From: Candidatus Omnitrophota bacterium
GTDB taxonomy: Bacteria > Ratteibacteria > UBA8468 > B48-G9 > DSTR01
NCBI GenBank assembly: GCA_023818865.1
Contig: JAMWDF010000002.1
Coordinates: 1-34,888, forward strand
Reading direction: 5' to 3'
DNA length: 34,888 bases
Within the stretch, counting starts at the first letter, position 1. The number at the start of each line of letters is the position of its first letter. Shown here piece by piece: positions 34,435-34,888 of the stretch. Made by a program: the position numbers and the translations under genes. The notes under the pieces were generated by a model that ran no database searches, was not told the origin of the DNA, and saw nothing but the letters and a program-made list of their open reading frames with translations.

Positions 34435-34888
34435 TTAACTGATTTTTTTGGCAAAATCGTCAAAATTATCACTCCAAAAATCAGCATATTGTTCACCTGT
34501 ATTTGTCCGTCCCCACATTATCAACCTAACTTCTACATTTCCATCAAAGACTTTGGGTTTACCAGCCTCCATAAAGACCCTTTTATATCCGTCAATCTTA
34601 TAATTTGCATCGGTATAAGTAGCAGCCTTTGGGTCAACGAATAAGATAAGATATCGTTCCCCCTTCTGCGCCCAAAAGATGAAATCAGGATAGAAATTTG
34701 CAATCTTATTCTCCTGGTGGCTGTAATAAGGAATGTAAACTTCGTCAAGCGTTTGGTCAATCTTTGAAAACATCCACCAGTCAAATTGCGAGAAAATGTT
34801 TTCCGGTTGAGCAAGATATTCTTCCAGTTGTTCAATAAATCTTACTTCACTGTCAACATTGATAATATGATTGAGATAATCAATTTTT
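34435..34888 (-). CDS. C-terminal fragment of a larger protein ending in a PD-(D/E)xK nuclease-like domain (restriction/helicase-nuclease type); the 5' part lies beyond the window
   Basis: The track lists 34435..34773, but the frame stays open to the window edge: KIDYLNHIINVDSEVRFIEQLEEYLAQPENIFSQFDWWMFSKIDQTLDEVYIPYY...FYPDFIFWAQKGERYLILFVDPKAATY. YPDF...FVDPK gives a D...D-x-K nuclease signature. Confidence 0.5.
   Translation of the reverse strand, partial: KIDYLNHIINVDSEVRFIEQLEEYLAQPENIFSQFDWWMFSKIDQTLDEVYIPYYSHQENKIANFYPDFIFWAQKGERYLILFVDPKAATYTDANYKIDGYKRVFMEAGKPKVFDGNVEVRLIMWGRTNTGEQYADFWSDNFDDFAKKIS

Noticed and set aside
1-34888. A scan by eye of the whole window for CRISPR repeats, rRNA or tRNA genes, and IS, transposase or integrase genes.
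   Set aside because: There are no regularly spaced direct repeats, no tRNA-like cloverleaf signatures in the intergenic regions, and no DDE or tyrosine-recombinase-like ORFs.

Overview
The window is a gene-dense stretch of about 34.9 kb (roughly 45-48% GC by eye, not computed). It looks like an uncultured-type anaerobic bacterium. The tandem prepilin-type H-X9-DG (DUF1559-like) proteins and an autotransporter-style beta-strand surface protein point to the PVC superphylum or a neighbouring candidate phylum. All family calls rest on motifs I read in the supplied translations; no database search was possible. Layout: (i) 1-15061, minus strand, is one tightly packed glycan-utilisation-type operon. 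It starts from a near-consensus sigma70 promoter directly upstream of a ROK-family regulator. It continues through three tandem pseudopilin-like H-X9-DG proteins, a 1341-aa secreted multidomain protein, a cytoplasmic GH101/GH129-like protein, two further paralogues of an uncharacterised glycoside-hydrolase-like module, and a GH20-like hexosaminidase that runs off the window. (ii) 15079-22526, minus strand, carries a GT1 glycosyltransferase and a housekeeping string: gatC, accA, hisG, an unannotated 31-aa bS22-like basic protein, a TPR lipoprotein, dxs, and an NrdG-like radical-SAM activase overlapping the dxs stop. (iii) 22797-27491, plus strand, is an overlapping three-gene operon of an Amidohydro_2-type hydrolase, a lyase-like two-domain protein and a compact PFL2-type glycyl radical enzyme, with no adjacent activase. 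This is my top candidate for an undescribed system. (iv) 27592-29081 is a Type II R-M pair with an ATGA overlap. (v) The remainder holds a BNR/sialidase-fold protein, cysS, a clan GH-A hydrolase plus patatin operon, and an AT-richer end carrying the C-terminus of a PD-(D/E)xK nuclease protein. I saw no rRNA, tRNA, CRISPR array or transposase.
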